A stretch of DNA of 64,000 bases from Eledone cirrhosa (GCA_964016885.1 OZ024751.1:24676001-24740000); one strand, 5' to 3'. Positions 13,403 to 28,089 are shown, numbered from the stretch's first letter. Numbers and translations are program-made. Notes: generated by a model from the letters alone, not told the origin.

Positions 13403-15004
13403 TATATATATATATATATATACTATTTATGTTACTTTGTTTACCAGTGGGTGGAACTGGAGATTCCAGTTAGTAAATAATGATGCAATAAATTAATGCA
13501 CTGAACGTTATGCAGATCATCCACCGTAGAAGTGCTTCCAGTGCCGGAAGTGCATGAAATATTCATTTAAAACAACAACAGAAAGCCGGACTAGAAATTT
13601 TATTATTTTAATTCCGTGAAAACACTATATATATTTCAATGGCCCAGCTTCATCATCCGAATATGATGCAAAACCCAGGTGATTTCATCAGGTGTTAATT
13701 GCAGAATTATATAAGAGAACAGGATTTTGGTGAACACAAACAGAGAATAGAAAATTAAAAATGGAGGACTGATTTAGATTTGGAGATGGCCCGCCAATTC
13801 TGTGTTATTTTAACAGCAGGTTATTCCCGAATGATCTGTTTGATTAAGGTTCACCTCGAATCAAACAACAACAATCCTGGATGGCTCCATACATGGTCAA
13901 TAAAATTGCTAGAAGCAGCAACCCTATCTCACTCAAATCACATCTTACCATCATAAAAAAGGGCAGATATTGTCTTTTACAATTTTTGTATTAATAATTG
14001 TTTCTACTTTAGGCACAAGGCCAGCAATTACTCAGTGCATTACTGGTACTTTATTTTATCGACCCCGTAAGGATGAAAGGCAAAGTTAACCTCGGTGGGA
14101 TTTGAACTCAGACCGCAAAGGGACGTAACTACCGATACTGCCGATCCACTGCCCAATTTTTGTATTAATAATGGTTCCTGATACATGCATGTGGCCAACA
14201 ATTTTGTGGGGAGGGGTAAGTTGATTAAATCGACCCCAGTGCATTACTGGTGCTTTATTTCATCAACCTCGTAAGGATGAAAGGCAAAGCTAACCTCAGC
14301 GGGATTTAAACTCAGACTGTAAAGGGCCATAATTCTAAGCTGCAAAGCATGGTGTCTGGCACTCTACGATACTGCCAATACATTGTTGTATTTATATTAT
14401 TAATAAAAAACAAGATGGCATTGATATTGAACTGTGAACCTGGTAACAGGGATTCATTTGTTTCATAAATTGGAAGAGTCATGAGAGTATAGGACAAAAT
14501 GCCTTGTGGTAGTTTTTTTCAGCTTTCTAAGGCCTGAGTTCAAATTCAACCCAGGGTCTACTTTGTCTTTCATTCTTTCATGGAGGAAGAGGGTCGATAA
14601 ATCAAAGTACCAGTGTGATGTGGTGGACTGGCGGTATTTCTAGGTCATCGGGGGAGGGGGAAGTTTATAGAGGGTCAGATAGAATGGTTTGTAGTATTTA
14701 TTGTGGTGCTGTGAGCACACACATCCCACCAAAGGTCAACTTTGCCTTTCATCCTTTCGGCAGGAGGAAGTGGTTGATAAACTGAAGTACCAGTCACATA
14801 CTGGGCTGAACATAACAGCTGGAACTGATAGGTGTCTGACATAACAAGAGGAACACCACACCTGCTATCACCATTACCACCAACAACAACACGACTATCA
14901 CCACCAACGCCAACAACAACAAAAACAACAACAACACCACTATCATCACCAACACCACCACCAACAACACCACCACCAACAACACTATCACCACCACCAC
15001 CACC

Positions 15005-15053
<49 letters not shown>

Positions 15054-17284
15054 GGAAACAAATTCCTAGAATAAATATATGGAAAGGTTTATATGTAATT
15101 ATTTGCTGTGAAGACAGGACTGAAGAGTTGTTTCAATAATCACAAATACAAGACTATAAATGATGCTAATAAGCAGAAAATTCCACCGACACAAACACAA
15201 ACAAACAAATAAAATAGTAAACAGTGTGTATATTTAATTTATATGTAGTCAGAATGGAGAAACCAACAGAGTGAAACTGTGGACAGAACGCTTGGTTGGT
15301 TTTGGGTTTTGTTGTAAACCATAAATTAGTTACGATGCAAAATATGGAAGATGCCCAAAAATATTTAAATAACAACATAAATATTATAACTTTAATACAA
15401 ATTCTCACCACCCACCCAGCCCTGCTACACCCTGGTCAGGAAAGAAAGAAAAAAAAAACCCCAAAAGAAATGGGGGGAGAGGGGACACAATGTAACTAGA
15501 ACATATGAAGCTAGAACTTATTAAATATTGAGAATTGATAGGCGAGAGAAGTAATTTATAATTATTTTTATTAGTAGTAGTATTACTATAATTCATGGCA
15601 TAGTGCTTCGCAGTACAGAGTTATGTTCCTTTCGGTTCCGAGTTCAAATCCCATTGAAGTTAACTCTGCCTTTCATCCTTACGGGCTCGATAAAATAAAG
15701 TACCAGTAATGTACTGGGGTAATTTAATTGAGTTGCTCTTCCCCACAAACTGTTGGCCTTATGCCTAAATCAGAAACCATTATTATTGGATTGGCAGTAT
15801 CGGTAGAGGGTCGGACGCCATGCTTTGAAGCATAGAGTTACCTCCCTGTGTGATCTGAGTTCAAATCCCGCCGAGGTTAACGTTGCCTTTCATCCTTCCG
15901 GGGTCGATAAAATAAAGTACCAGTAATGCACTGGTTAATTGCTGGCCTTGTGCCTAAAGTAGAAACCATTATTATAATTATTATTCACGGCATAGTGCTT
16001 CAAAATCGCTTAGTGCCACGGTTGGGATTTTAAACATCTCTCTCTCTCAATCATCATCATCATCATCATTTCATTTTACGTCCGCTTTTCCCTGCTTGCA
16101 AGGGTGGGACAGGAACTGTCTCTGGCTTGATTTCTACAGCTGGATGCCCTTCCTAACACAAACCTCCTTTACAGTGAGTGCTGGGTGCTTTTTTGCCGTG
16201 GCGCCTACACGTCTATATATATATATATAGGGAGTGCAACGTGCAGTTACTGTAGGGTCACCTGAGTGAGCAACCGATACATAGTTCCCAGTCTATAAAG
16301 AGGTGTAGAACAAAGTAGAGTTTAAATATAATAATAAAAAGGACGAGGGACCAAGCGGTGGGCAGCGGTCACTTGGCTGTGAGGAGACGAGTCGTGTGAA
16401 GATAGACGCTGTTTGAAAGTTCCCCACGTGGACGGTGGAACGAGTGATAGAAAGGTAAGTCTGAATGCCTCCGACTACATATATATATATATATATAATA
16501 AACTAATCTATCTATCCATCTTTCCATATATTTTTCAATATTCAATTTCACACTTTCCCAGCTTTAATTCCCACCTGCGTACCATCCTAACATCTGATAT
16601 ATTCCATCATTACCCTCACTTTACCCCTTCTCTTCTCCCTCCCCCTCATATTTCCCATTTCCTACTACTCCCCTTCCTACCTCTTCCCTCTACTGCATGT
16701 TACTCCCCTTCCTCCTGCCTCATCCTTTTCCCCACCTCTTCTGCATATTACTCCCCTCCCCCACCATTCTGTTAGATCTATCACAGATTAAACTACAATA
16801 TTTGATGAGTTAATTAGCTCATTTCCTGACAAGCTGCAATACTTTTCCACACAGTTTCTGTTAAAATATTTGCTAGATATTAACATCAATAAACAAAAAA
16901 AAAAATCAATGTTTAAGTGGAAACCAAGCAGCAGTAATATGTTTCATTGGTTGTCCACACAAACTCACATTAGTTGACAACATATCACATGGCTTTTTAA
17001 TATATATAGGATACTAGCTCTCTATGGATAACATATGGTTTTTATTATATATAGGATACTGGATCTCCCTAGACAACATATCATATGGTTGTTTATAGTA
17101 TATAGGATACCTGGAGTCATATCACGTTTTTTTTAAAAATTATATATAGGATACTGGCTCTCACTGGCTCTCCCTAGACAACATATCACATGGTTGTTTA
17201 TAATTTATAGGATATCTGGAGTCATATCACATGTTTTTTTAATAGCATATACTTGATGCTTTTGACGCTAAGTAAGCAATTAGA

Positions 17285-18022
17285 GACGTACAATATAGTG
17301 GAATAGTGGGAATTTTTGAAAGTGAACCTGCTGAAGGCAACAGATGAAATCTGTGGCTGGAGCAGACTTATAGGCAGGAGGAGAGTGACTTAGTTGTGGA
17401 ACAGTAAGGTGGAGGAGACAATCAAGGCCAAAAAGCAGGCTTGGAAAATATGGCAGGATGGGGGAAGTAGAGAACACTATCAAGTGACTAGGAGAGAAGC
17501 TAGGAGACAAGTGTACTTTGCAAGAAGAGACGCAGAGGATAGAAAGTTCAAGTATGTTCTACAACGTGAGGACCAAAAACGTGAGGTGTTCAGGATTGCA
17601 AGACAATGTGTCAAGGAAAACCATGATATTGTCAGGGAGAAGTGTGTCCGTAATGATGATGGTGTACTTGCCCTCACTGATACTGATAAGAAGGTAGCTT
17701 GGAAGTGTCACTAAATGAGGAGAATAAATGGGAAAAAAATAGTCTGCCCCAAATCAATCCAATAGAGGGACCAGCGGTGCAAGTTAAAGGTTATATAATA
17801 AGTAAGGCAATCAAAGATATGAAGACTGTCAAGGTAGCTGGGCCTTCGGAGATAGTTGCTGAGATGTTGAAGGCATCTGGAATGGTGGGACATACTATGG
17901 TCACCCGGATAGTAAACCAAGTAATACATAATGGGGTTATAGCAAATGACTGCCGTAGCAGCATCATCATTAACTGCTACAAGGGTAAAGGAGATGCTCT
18001 AGATAGGGGAAACTATAGAGCC
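17285..18022 (+). mobile_element. RTE-clade LINE fragment (pre-RT region)
   Basis: WNSKVEETIKAKKQAWK...GPSEIVAEMLK...CYKGKGDALDRGNYR, with stops. Confidence 0.88.
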
Positions 18023-19399
18023 ATTATGGGGGAAGTATTAACCCCTTTTGGCAGAATTGGTGGAGCATTGGATAACATGCTTTATGGCATAGAGTTATGC
18101 CTCTTTACGATCTCTGTTCAAATCTTGCCATGGTTAGCTTTGCCTTTCATCTTTACAGGGGTTGATAAAATAAAGTACCAGTAATGCACTGGGGCCAATT
18201 TAATCGACTTTCCTCTGCCAAAAAATTGTTGACCTAAATCAGAAATCAATGTTAACCAATCCGTAACTGACTCTGTTTTTATGAAAACAAAACCACCCAT
18301 TTTAAAGGGTTCTTATTTAGAATAAAACCTTTCAACATGATTTGATTTAAGGATCTTTTGTTAATTAAATGAAGTAATAAATACCATCTTAATCTTGAAA
18401 TAATTAATCATTTTAGTAAATCCCTCCAAATTCTTCATTAGTTAATTGAATCACAGCAATATATTTTATTAGAAATATGGTAATGAAAGGGTCAACCTTT
18501 TTAATATCAACTTGCCCCAAACTATCATTGTTTCCATGAAACAAAGCCTCCCATTTTAAAGAGTTCCTATTTAAACCAAAATCTTCCAGCATGATTTGAT
18601 ATAAGAATCTTTTGTTTCATTACATTAAAAATATCATCTTAATAATAACGTAATTAATCCTGTGAGATCCTTCTGAAATCTTCATTAGCTAATTGAAACA
18701 CAGCAATGTACTTCGTTAGAAATATGATCACAAAAGAGTCAAACCTCTACTTCAGATCATAATACAGATATATACAGATGTGTAAAGGTAGGGGAGGAGG
18801 TTGCTGCAAATGTGTGGATGAAAATCTCTGGAACAGCTGCTTGGTAATGAAAGAGAAAATTAAGTGTATGTGTATGTGTACATATATATACATATATATA
18901 TATATGTGTGTGTGTATATAATATATATATATATATATATAGCATTGGCCTTGCAATCGAAAGGTTGTGAGTTCAATTCTCAGACCGGGTGATGTGTTGT
19001 TTCCTTGAGCAAGACACTTTATTTCACATTGCTCCAGTTTACTCAGCTGTAGAAATGAGATGATAGGACTGGGGTCCATATAATTCCACTGCAAAGTGGT
19101 CGTAGAGATGTCACGGCAAAAAAGCACCCAGCCCACACTGTAAAGTGAACGTGCAGGCGCCACGGCAAAAAAGCACTCAGCACTCACTGTAAATGAGGTT
19201 GGTGTTAGGAAGGGCATCCAGCTGTAGAAATCAAGCCAGAATCAGTTCCAGTCCCACCAGGGAAAAGCGGACGTAAAATGATACTAAAATGATACAGAAT
19301 AAGAAAATGCAAAGTAGTTTCAGATGTGAAAGTCCTTTAATGATAATGCTGTGATACATAGTTTGTTGAGTGCTTGAATGGAATTGCAACTAAGTTAAC

Positions 19400-19438
<39 letters not shown>

Positions 19439-19685
19439 ACACACTGGAAGGTAATATCCATAGTGGTAGAGCACTCAGTCCATGGGACGAGTTTGGTAGG
19501 AGTAGTAACACACCAGTTAGTTCACCATACCGAGAAACAATTGTTTTCGGTATGTTGAACTAACTGGTGTGTTACTACTTATATATATATATATGTATGT
19601 AAAAGGTAAACAGAAATAACAACACAATCAGTACAGTATATGGAAGGAATATATTAGGTTAATGCTTGATATAGCAGGAAGAGGG

Positions 19686-19721
19686 TCTTAACGTTTCGGA
19701 CGCTAGTCCTTCATCAGAAGA
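19686..19721 (-). ncRNA. Minimal hammerhead ribozyme
   Basis: UCUU-CUGAUGA-a-GGAC uagc GUCC-GAAA-CG-UU^AAGA: helix I UCUU/AAGA, helix II GGAC/GUCC, loopless palindromic helix III (ACGU). Confidence 0.72.
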
Positions 19722-19984
19722 AAGAATGAAAAATAAGATAGATTGAGGGGACGGGCGGACTGGAATTGAAAAACGGTTGATCGACCCAACAAAACCATCA
19801 AAATTATTTGAAATTCATACATAGTGTCTTTCATCTCAAAACCTCCCATTATAATTTTATGCAAGAACCTTTGTTAAGTTATGCTCCAAACACAAGATAA
19901 TCAACTAGTTATTAATACTTACATTATTAAATCATTCAAAATTTGATTATTTTCAAATTTATTTGAAGGCAGTGACTTTCATTA

Positions 19985-20230
19985 GAAATAAGGTAATGAA
20001 AGGGTTAACCCTTTCATTTGAAATATGGTAATGTAAGGGTTAACCATTTCATTTGAAATATGGTAATGTAAGGGTTAACCCTTTCATTTGAAATATGGTA
20101 ATGTAAGGGTTAACCATTTCATTTGAAATATGGTAATGTAAGGGTTAACCCTTTCATTTGAAATATGGTAATGTAAGGGTTAACCATTTCATTTGAAATA
20201 TGGTAATGTAAGGGTTAACCCTTTCATTTG
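19985..20230. repeat. 35-bp tandem repeat (~7 copies) with alternating variants
   Basis: Unit gaaatatggtaatgtaagggttaacc[c/a]tttcattt. Confidence 0.9.
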
Positions 20231-21284
20231 TGAATTAGAAAAAATACTGGCAGTGACCAACCATTACATGATAAATACACACACACACATGTACACACAT
20301 ATACACATACACATACACGTACACACAAACACATGCACACACACATATTTACACACATATGTACACAAATACACATATGCACACACATTTACACAAACAT
20401 ACACATTCACACACATGTACACACACACAAACACATACACACATGTAAACACGCATATATACATGCACAAACACATACACACACCTGTATACCGGTAATT
20501 TATTGGAGCAGTAGTATAAAATATAAGGTATATTAATCAGTGTTTAACCGGCCTAAACATTGCTGATTTGAAAAATAACAGAGTTGACAGTGAAATAATA
20601 CTTAGCAATTTAAAGACAATCTTCAGTATACAATTATATCGAAAATGTAGTGTGTAACTCTTGCATGAGACTAGTTACCTTCTCCTCATTGTTTATAGAC
20701 ATAGGCAGGCATGGCTGGATGGTGAAGACATTCAGATTGCAATCGCGAGGTCTCTGGTTTGATCGATCCCACTGTATGGCATCAAAGGCAAGTGTCTTTC
20801 ACCGAAGACCTGGGTCAATACAAACCTTGTGAATGAAGCTGGGAGTTTAGTAGATGGAAACTGTGTGGAAGCCTGTCAGATAGATTGTATCTGTAATTCA
20901 AAGGTCCAGTTTTCTCAATTATTGCGTTATGATAGTTTGGCTTGGGAATCATGCTAAGGGTACCTTGTCTGTGGAATACTCAGCCACTGAGACTGTAAAA
21001 CAAGATGGATTGTCTCTGTAATTCAAATGTTCAGTTTTGTCACACACTGTGTTATGTTGATTCTGCCTGAAAGTTATATCAAAGGTACACATGTCTGTGG
21101 AATACTCGGCCAAATATCTTGTATGTAAAAACCTCTGTTAAAGTTATTTTCGAAACCCCAACTTAATAGTGAGAAAGTCAGTTATATTTCTAAATCCTTC
21201 AAAATTTGAAAATCACAGGCAATATCTTTTATTAGAAGTATGGCAATGAATGAGTTAAGATATGTTCCAAACAATAAATTAACA

Positions 21285-21895
21285 ATGGCTTCTGATTTAG
21301 GCACAAGGGCAACAATTTTGGGGTAGGGGAAAGTCAAGTAAATCGACCTCAGTAGATTACTAGTGCTTTATTTTATTGACCCCATAAGGATGAAAGCCAA
21401 AGCTAACTTCGGCAGGATTTTAACTCAGAACGTAAAGGGACGTAACTCTATGCCACGAAGCATGGTGTCCAACACTACCAATACTGCCAATCCACTGAGC
21501 TAAACACCAACTTAATAATTGTTTCTACTTTTGGCACAAGGCCAGCAATTACCCCAGTACATTACTGGTACTTTATTTTATCAACCCCGTAAGGATGAAA
21601 GGCAAAGTTAACCTCGGCGGGATTTGAACTCAGAATGGCAAGGGCCGTAACTCTATGCGTCAAAGCATGGCGTCCGACCCCTTACCGATACTGTCAAGCT
21701 TAATAATTGTTTCTACTTTTGGCACAAGGCCAGCAATTACCCAGTGCATTACTGGTACTTTATTTTATCGACTCCATAAGGATGAAAGGCAAAGTTAACC
21801 TTGGCGGGATTTGAACTCAGATCATAAAGGGACGTAACTCTATGCTTCAAAGCATTGTGTCCGACTCTCTATCGATACTGCTAATCAACCGCCAA
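21285..21895 (-). repeat. Three tandem family-A SINE copies
   Basis: Same SINE repeated head-to-tail at ~21285, ~21515 and ~21703. Confidence 0.8.
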
Positions 21896-23991
21896 GCTTA
21901 ATAATGAGAGAAAGTCAGATATTTCACCATTAAATACCTGAAGATTATTGAATATTTTGAAAATTATTTCAAAGCCATAGGTAGGAAGTGTGTTTCATTC
22001 AAAATATGGTAATGAAAAGGTTTAAAATATATTTAAGTCAAGGTTGAGGGTGTGGGTAGAGAATATTGGTCTGGTATCTAATTATAGTTGTTCTCGTTAA
22101 TTCTTTATGGCTAGGAAATAGAAATCCATTTCATCTTTGTAAAATTTTATATTTATCTTATTGAGTGCCATTAAGTTCATAATTAAGATCACACCGAAGT
22201 GAAAGCCTTGGATATAGTTTTTTTTTAAGATGCCATTATCCATATTATTATTATTAATGTTTTTTTGTTGTAGTTTTTGTTGTTATTAATATTATTATCA
22301 ACATACAGTACTTGACCTAAAAATACACCCACAAGCACACAAACTAAACATCTCATACAAAAAGGAAATACTATATTGATTTCTTTATTAGCCACAAGGG
22401 CGCAACAAGAAAGGGGACAATACAAAGACATGCCGGGGATTTTACATACAGTCGTGTAAAAAATATAAAAACAAACAATTTCAACAAAAAGGAAATACTA
22501 TATTGGCAATTGATGTCATTCACGTGGAAAGCGAAATAACCATAAAAACGCTTGAAAACGACTTAAAAAACATTTAAATCAAAATCAAAATTTCATCCCA
22601 AAGAGAGGAAATTGGAACATTATCTACTGAAAGTTCCTTAAACCTTGAAGAAGGGACTTACAGGTCTTGAAATATTGGACAGAAAAAAGAACAACAACAA
22701 CAACAACAACAACAAAAACAAAACAAAGATTACCAGATAACTTACTTTTTGTTACCTCATCGTACAGTCGATTTGGCATTGTTTAGCCTTCTACCTCTTT
22801 CAATGTTATTTGCCTTTCACCCTTACGGGGTTGATAAAATAAAGTACCAGTAATGCACTGGGTAATTGCTGGCCTTGTGCCAAAAGTAGAAACAATTATT
22901 ATTATTATCATTATTCTTCTAGCAAGTTTGTTGAAAGGTGGGTGAATGTAGCGAGAATGGTCCGAGTGAACGGGACCGCTCTGAATATACACCTGTAGTT
23001 TGAGAAATGGAAAAATTGAGAGAGGGCGCTTGCCCTGGTGGTCAGGGTGGCCATGGTCTATTGTGTGGTTTTCGCCACGAGTAACCCTCAGAGGTTCCCC
23101 CCCCCCCCCATTGGGGAATTTTTCATTGTTTCAATTTTCATTTTTATTGTTTATATATATATATGTTTCTGTCTTTTTCTTTTTCTTTTCTTATATAAAT
23201 AATAAAAATCTTTACACGAACAAAACCCACATCGTACCATCCTGTACCGTCTGTAATGTTTTTCTTGATGTCAGCCCTTGTGGCCAATAAAGAAATCATT
23301 ATTATTATCATCATAGTAATAATTATTATTATTATAATTATTACTATTATTATTGTTTTTGCTATTAATATTATAATTATTATTGTTATAATAATTATAA
23401 TATGTGTAGGCGCCACGTGTAGGCGCCACGAAAAAGCACCCAGCACTCACTGTAAATGAGGTTGGTGTTAGGAAGGGCATCCAGCTGTAGAAATCAAGCC
23501 AGATCAGTTCCTGTATGAGCAAGGCATGGTCAGCCGACCAGACACTGCCCACAACAAGACAACCCGTCTAACCCATGCTAGCGTGGAAGAACGGACGTAA
23601 AACGGTGATGATGATGATGATGATGATAATGTGCTTTATTTTACGACCCCATTTCATTCTTGTGGTGTCGATAAAATAAAGCACCAGTAATGCATTGGGG
23701 TAATTGCTGGCCTTGTGTCAAAATTAGAAACATTATTAGCATCATCATCATCATCATCATCAACATAATTATAATTATCATTATTATTACCAATATCCTC
23801 CTCATCACCATCATCATCATAATAATATAAGAAGAAGGTGAGATCAGAGAGAGTGGAGTAAGGAGCGGCAGTGGAGAAGAGGGGGAGTGAGCTAGGAATA
23901 AATTTGTGGTTTGTTTTCACTATTTAATCAGCATTGATGTAACAATGGAATATTGGCAGACTGTCAGAGATTCCGGCACCATTAGTTGCTG

Positions 23992-24028
<37 letters not shown>

Positions 24029-24280
24029 CCCTAGGCTTAGTTGCTTTTAATATTCATTATAGAAAACAGCTCAATGTGAAAAAAAAATAAAAGAAAAAAG
24101 AAAAAAAAATGACCCCCCACTCATCACATGATTGTTACTCATCTTTTGCCCTAGTCCTTATAATATATATATTTTAATATGTTTCACAGAGATTTATCAT
24201 ACTTTGCAGTTTTTAACTTTGCCTAAAGAGAGAGATAAAAAAAACCAACAAAAAAATAAGATAAAAATATACATATATAT

Positions 24281-24357
<77 letters not shown>

Positions 24358-24479
24358 TTGAAGTTGGTGGTTCAGCATTGGATAAAGCTGGTCATTCCTG
24401 GCCATTGAAATATATATAGTGTTAGCAACAATAAAACTTTAAAGGAAATTCACCACTCCGGCCTCCTGTTATTTCATTC

Positions 24480-24532
<53 letters not shown>

Positions 24533-24572
24533 AAGTGTTAAAACGATCAAATTTTAGTTTAGAACATTTATT

Positions 24573-24619
24573 TACTGACAATTGTTTCTTCCAGAGGGAA
24601 GTCTGGAATCATCAAAGCA
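24573..24619 (-). ncRNA. Degenerate hammerhead motif (C3>U)
   Basis: UGCU-UUGAUGA-UUCCAGA...UCUGGAA-GAAA-CAAUUG-UC^AGUA. Helix III is a different palindrome from the 50.1 kb copy (CAAUUG vs CGAUCG). Confidence 0.5.
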
Positions 24620-25679
24620 TAGGGAATGTCGAAACATGTGACTAAAATCCTAGTCATTCAGAACATTTAGGGTACATAATTGTTGTTAGTGTCATAGGCA
24701 TCATGTGGAGAGTCAGGAATTAAAATACCACTAACCAGCTAGTACTTAGTACTACCCTCCATATTTATAGTTGTATTAAACATATATAAATATAAATATT
24801 CTTATTACTATATATATATATATATATATATAATAAAAAGGATGATATGTTATGCCTTCATTACATTTATTGAGTAGCGATGTGTGTTTTACTATCAATC
24901 AGATCAGCCCAAGGTTCGATCAGTATCGTCGATCTAGCCTGACTCACAAAAGCTTGTCAGCCTCAAAGTTGATATTTTGCAGAGTTAGTGCTGCTTCTAG
25001 GATATGTTTAAAGTGGTTCTCCTCAGATGGTATGAGAAATTGCAGGAAGATGGCCACAAAGTTACTATTTCCTAGGGTTAGTGCAGCTTCCAGGATATGT
25101 TTAACCTTTTAGCATTTAAACCAGCTGCATCCAACCAGAATTCTCTCACCCCTTTCTGTTCAAACTGGCCATAACTGGTCACTCATACTTATGCTAAGGT
25201 ATTATTCTCAAAATAAATAACATCAAAATCTCATAGATTCAATATTATGTAAGATAAAGCCTTTACCACGAAAATACAATACTAAATATAAAGTAATATA
25301 AATGGTAAAGTGTTAAAGCTGCTATGAACATACTTGTGCATGTTCCATCAAATTTCTTCTCAAGTCTCTCTATAATTTGACGGCTGCAGCTTGAAAAAGT
25401 ACGCCTCCTTCATACACATATTTAGAGTGGGTAAGGGGTTGGGATATATTGAAGATGTCTGAGGTAGGGATTATGGAGGATGTCTTAGTTCTAATATAGA
25501 CATTTACTTCATGATTGGCTTGGCTTGGCTTGGCTTTTACGAATGAAATGTTTACAAGTTTAGAATCCAACGGTCTTGTCCGCTAGAGATTTTGTTTATT
25601 GTTGGCTTTGTTTTCCAAATGCATTATTTATGTATAGGGTATTGGTGATTGCTTGGGTTTGTTCGATATATATATATAT

Positions 25680-25881
25680 ATAGGAAAATGTATCACCCGG
25701 ACGGCAGAGCTCAAGCCGTTTCGACGGCTATTTCTGGACATATTGCGTCCAGAAATAGCTGTTGAAACGGCTTGAACTCTGCCGTCGGGGTCATTCATTT
25801 TCCTATTACCCACTCTACTACCCTAAGTATTGAGTACTCTGGTGCGTTATGGTCCATATGGTTCCTTACCACAACTCCTTC

Positions 25882-25884
<3 letters not shown>
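25680..25884. repeat. Imperfect hairpin (25680-25806) plus family tail, between (TA)n tracts
   Basis: ~60-bp arms around atattgc. The tail ctactaccctaagtattgagtactctggtgcgttatggtcc is shared with the 31.2, 31.4 and 35.7 kb copies. Confidence 0.85.
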
Positions 25885-25931
<47 letters not shown>

Positions 25932-25952
25932 CACACACACATATATATATAT

Positions 25953-26828
25953 AAGAAGACTTCTTGATATTAGTGTTGTGGAGGGAGTATGTGGACACTG
26001 GGTTTTTACTCCCAAAATGCATGGTGATACACTTGTCCACAGCCAGCTTGAGTTGCCAGTCTGTGATCCATTGCTGCCTTGTGTCCAGGTCTGATTGCAG
26101 GAACGATCTATAGTGTTCAGGATCTATCCTTTTTATCTCAAGGTACAGCTTAGCTTGATGTCAGCTGCATATTTCAGTACTGTGGCATTCTTTAAGTTGG
26201 CATCTATGTCATTAATATATGCCACAAACAAAAGGGGACCAAGAACAGATCCCTGCGGTACACCAGATGACATCTCATACGGTAAGGAATGCTGTCCTAG
26301 AACCGTTGCTACTTCTCTCCGACTGAGAATGAAGGACTTCAACCAGATAAAAAGATCATCCTTCACACCCATTGCAGAGAGTTTTGCCATAAGTCTTTTG
26401 TGTGGCACAAAATTAAAAACTTTAGCAAAGTCAAGGTAAACAACATCCACCCATGAGCCGCTATCAGTGATCTGGGTTAGGTCTTCAAGAAACTCGATAA
26501 GTTGATCACAGCAGCTGGAGTTAGGGATAAATCAAAATTGCGAGGGCCAGATAAGACCATGAGAGTTCCAGAAGTTCCAAAGTGTTTCTCTGACACAGGA
26601 TTCCATCAGTTTGGCAATGCAGCTAGTAAGACTGACTGGACGATAGTTGACAGGTGATGTGCGGTCACCCTTTTTGAACAGAGAAATGACACTGGCAGTT
26701 TTCCATTGCTCCAGAGTAGCACCTTTGTTAAGACAGAATTGAAAGAAGGGTGATAGCTGGTGCAGAAGGAAGTACCTTCCATGTTTGAGAAGCAGGTACA
26801 TTAACTCCATCAAGACTAGGAGAGGCAT
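25953..26828 (-). mobile_element. CR1/L2-group LINE RT fragment
   Basis: NYRPVSLTS, VYLDFAKVFNFVPH, SGVPQGSVLGPLLF, KYAAD (degenerate YADD) and KCITMHFG, in frameshifted pieces. Confidence 0.88.
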
Positions 26829-27292
26829 AGTTGCGTTTATTCTTCTATTGTTATATTTGGGGAGGGTCCATATTGTTATAATATTGCCAGAAATAATTGT
26901 TTCTACTTTTGGCACAAGGCCAGCAATTACCCAGTGTATTACTGGTACTTTATTTTATCGACCCCCGTAAGGATGAAAGGCAAAGTTAACCTCAGCGGGA
27001 TTTGAACTCAGACCATAAAGGGCTGTAACTCTTTGCTGCAAAGCATGGTGTCAGACCCTCTACCGATACTGCCAATCCACTGCCAGAAATAATAAAATAC
27101 ACTCACTGTTTGGTTTGGATCGTTTTGCGCTTCTGTATCTTTTATATCTCCATAGTTAATTTATCTGGCAATCAATATTAGATAAATTAACTATCGAGAT
27201 ATAAAAGATACAGAATCGAAAACCGATCCAAACCAAACAGTGAGTATATATATATATATATATATACATATATATTTATATATATACATATA

Positions 27293-27354
<62 letters not shown>

Positions 27355-27479
27355 AAAAAGGGTTTTATTTACAGTCTTAACAATTGTTCCACTGATTAAG
27401 TTGTCTAAAAATTGGTGAACACTTGAAGCTGTGCCACTCAATTTTAAATACGATGTTAGCTTAACCAGATCATCAGAAA

Positions 27480-27517
<38 letters not shown>

Positions 27518-28089
27518 ATAATACGGTTTCCTAAATAGAATATTAGTCTAATGACTCCGTTTATACCATAAACGTGGTTTTGTCTTTCCGTGTAATTGTT
27601 CTCATCGCTCCACATAACGACATATTATCTTCACTATTTTCCATTCATTACCAGGGAACGTCTTTACGAACCAAAGTATCATCTTCCTGTTTTCCTGCGC
27701 TTGCAACGTTTTTCGAAATATTTACTTCTGCGTTCGTAGATTGATTTTTTTTAGTTTCAGAAGATTCCGTTAAGGGTGAAAGCGGCGATTCTTTGCTTAA
27801 ACTTTAATCTGTGAAGTGGACGTGTAAAAGATATGGCAAAAAGCACCCAGCACGCACTGTCAATGTGGTTGGCATTAGGAAGGGCATCCAGCTGTAGAAA
27901 ACCAGCCAGAAACTATCCTATATGAGTGAGACATGGTTACCTAACCCAACTTACCTCTAATTGGGACAAACCCGTCTAACCCATGCTAGTGTGGAAGACA
28001 ATGACGATGATGATGATAATTCAGTAATATTGCATCTCAACTTTCATGTTTTATCAGAAAAGATTACAAAATGGAATCCCAGCTGCACA

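Noticed and set aside
13638-13680. Possible exon MAQLHHPNMMQNP near an ETS-like CCGGAAGT
   Set aside because: Weak donor, no partner exon and no recognisable homology.
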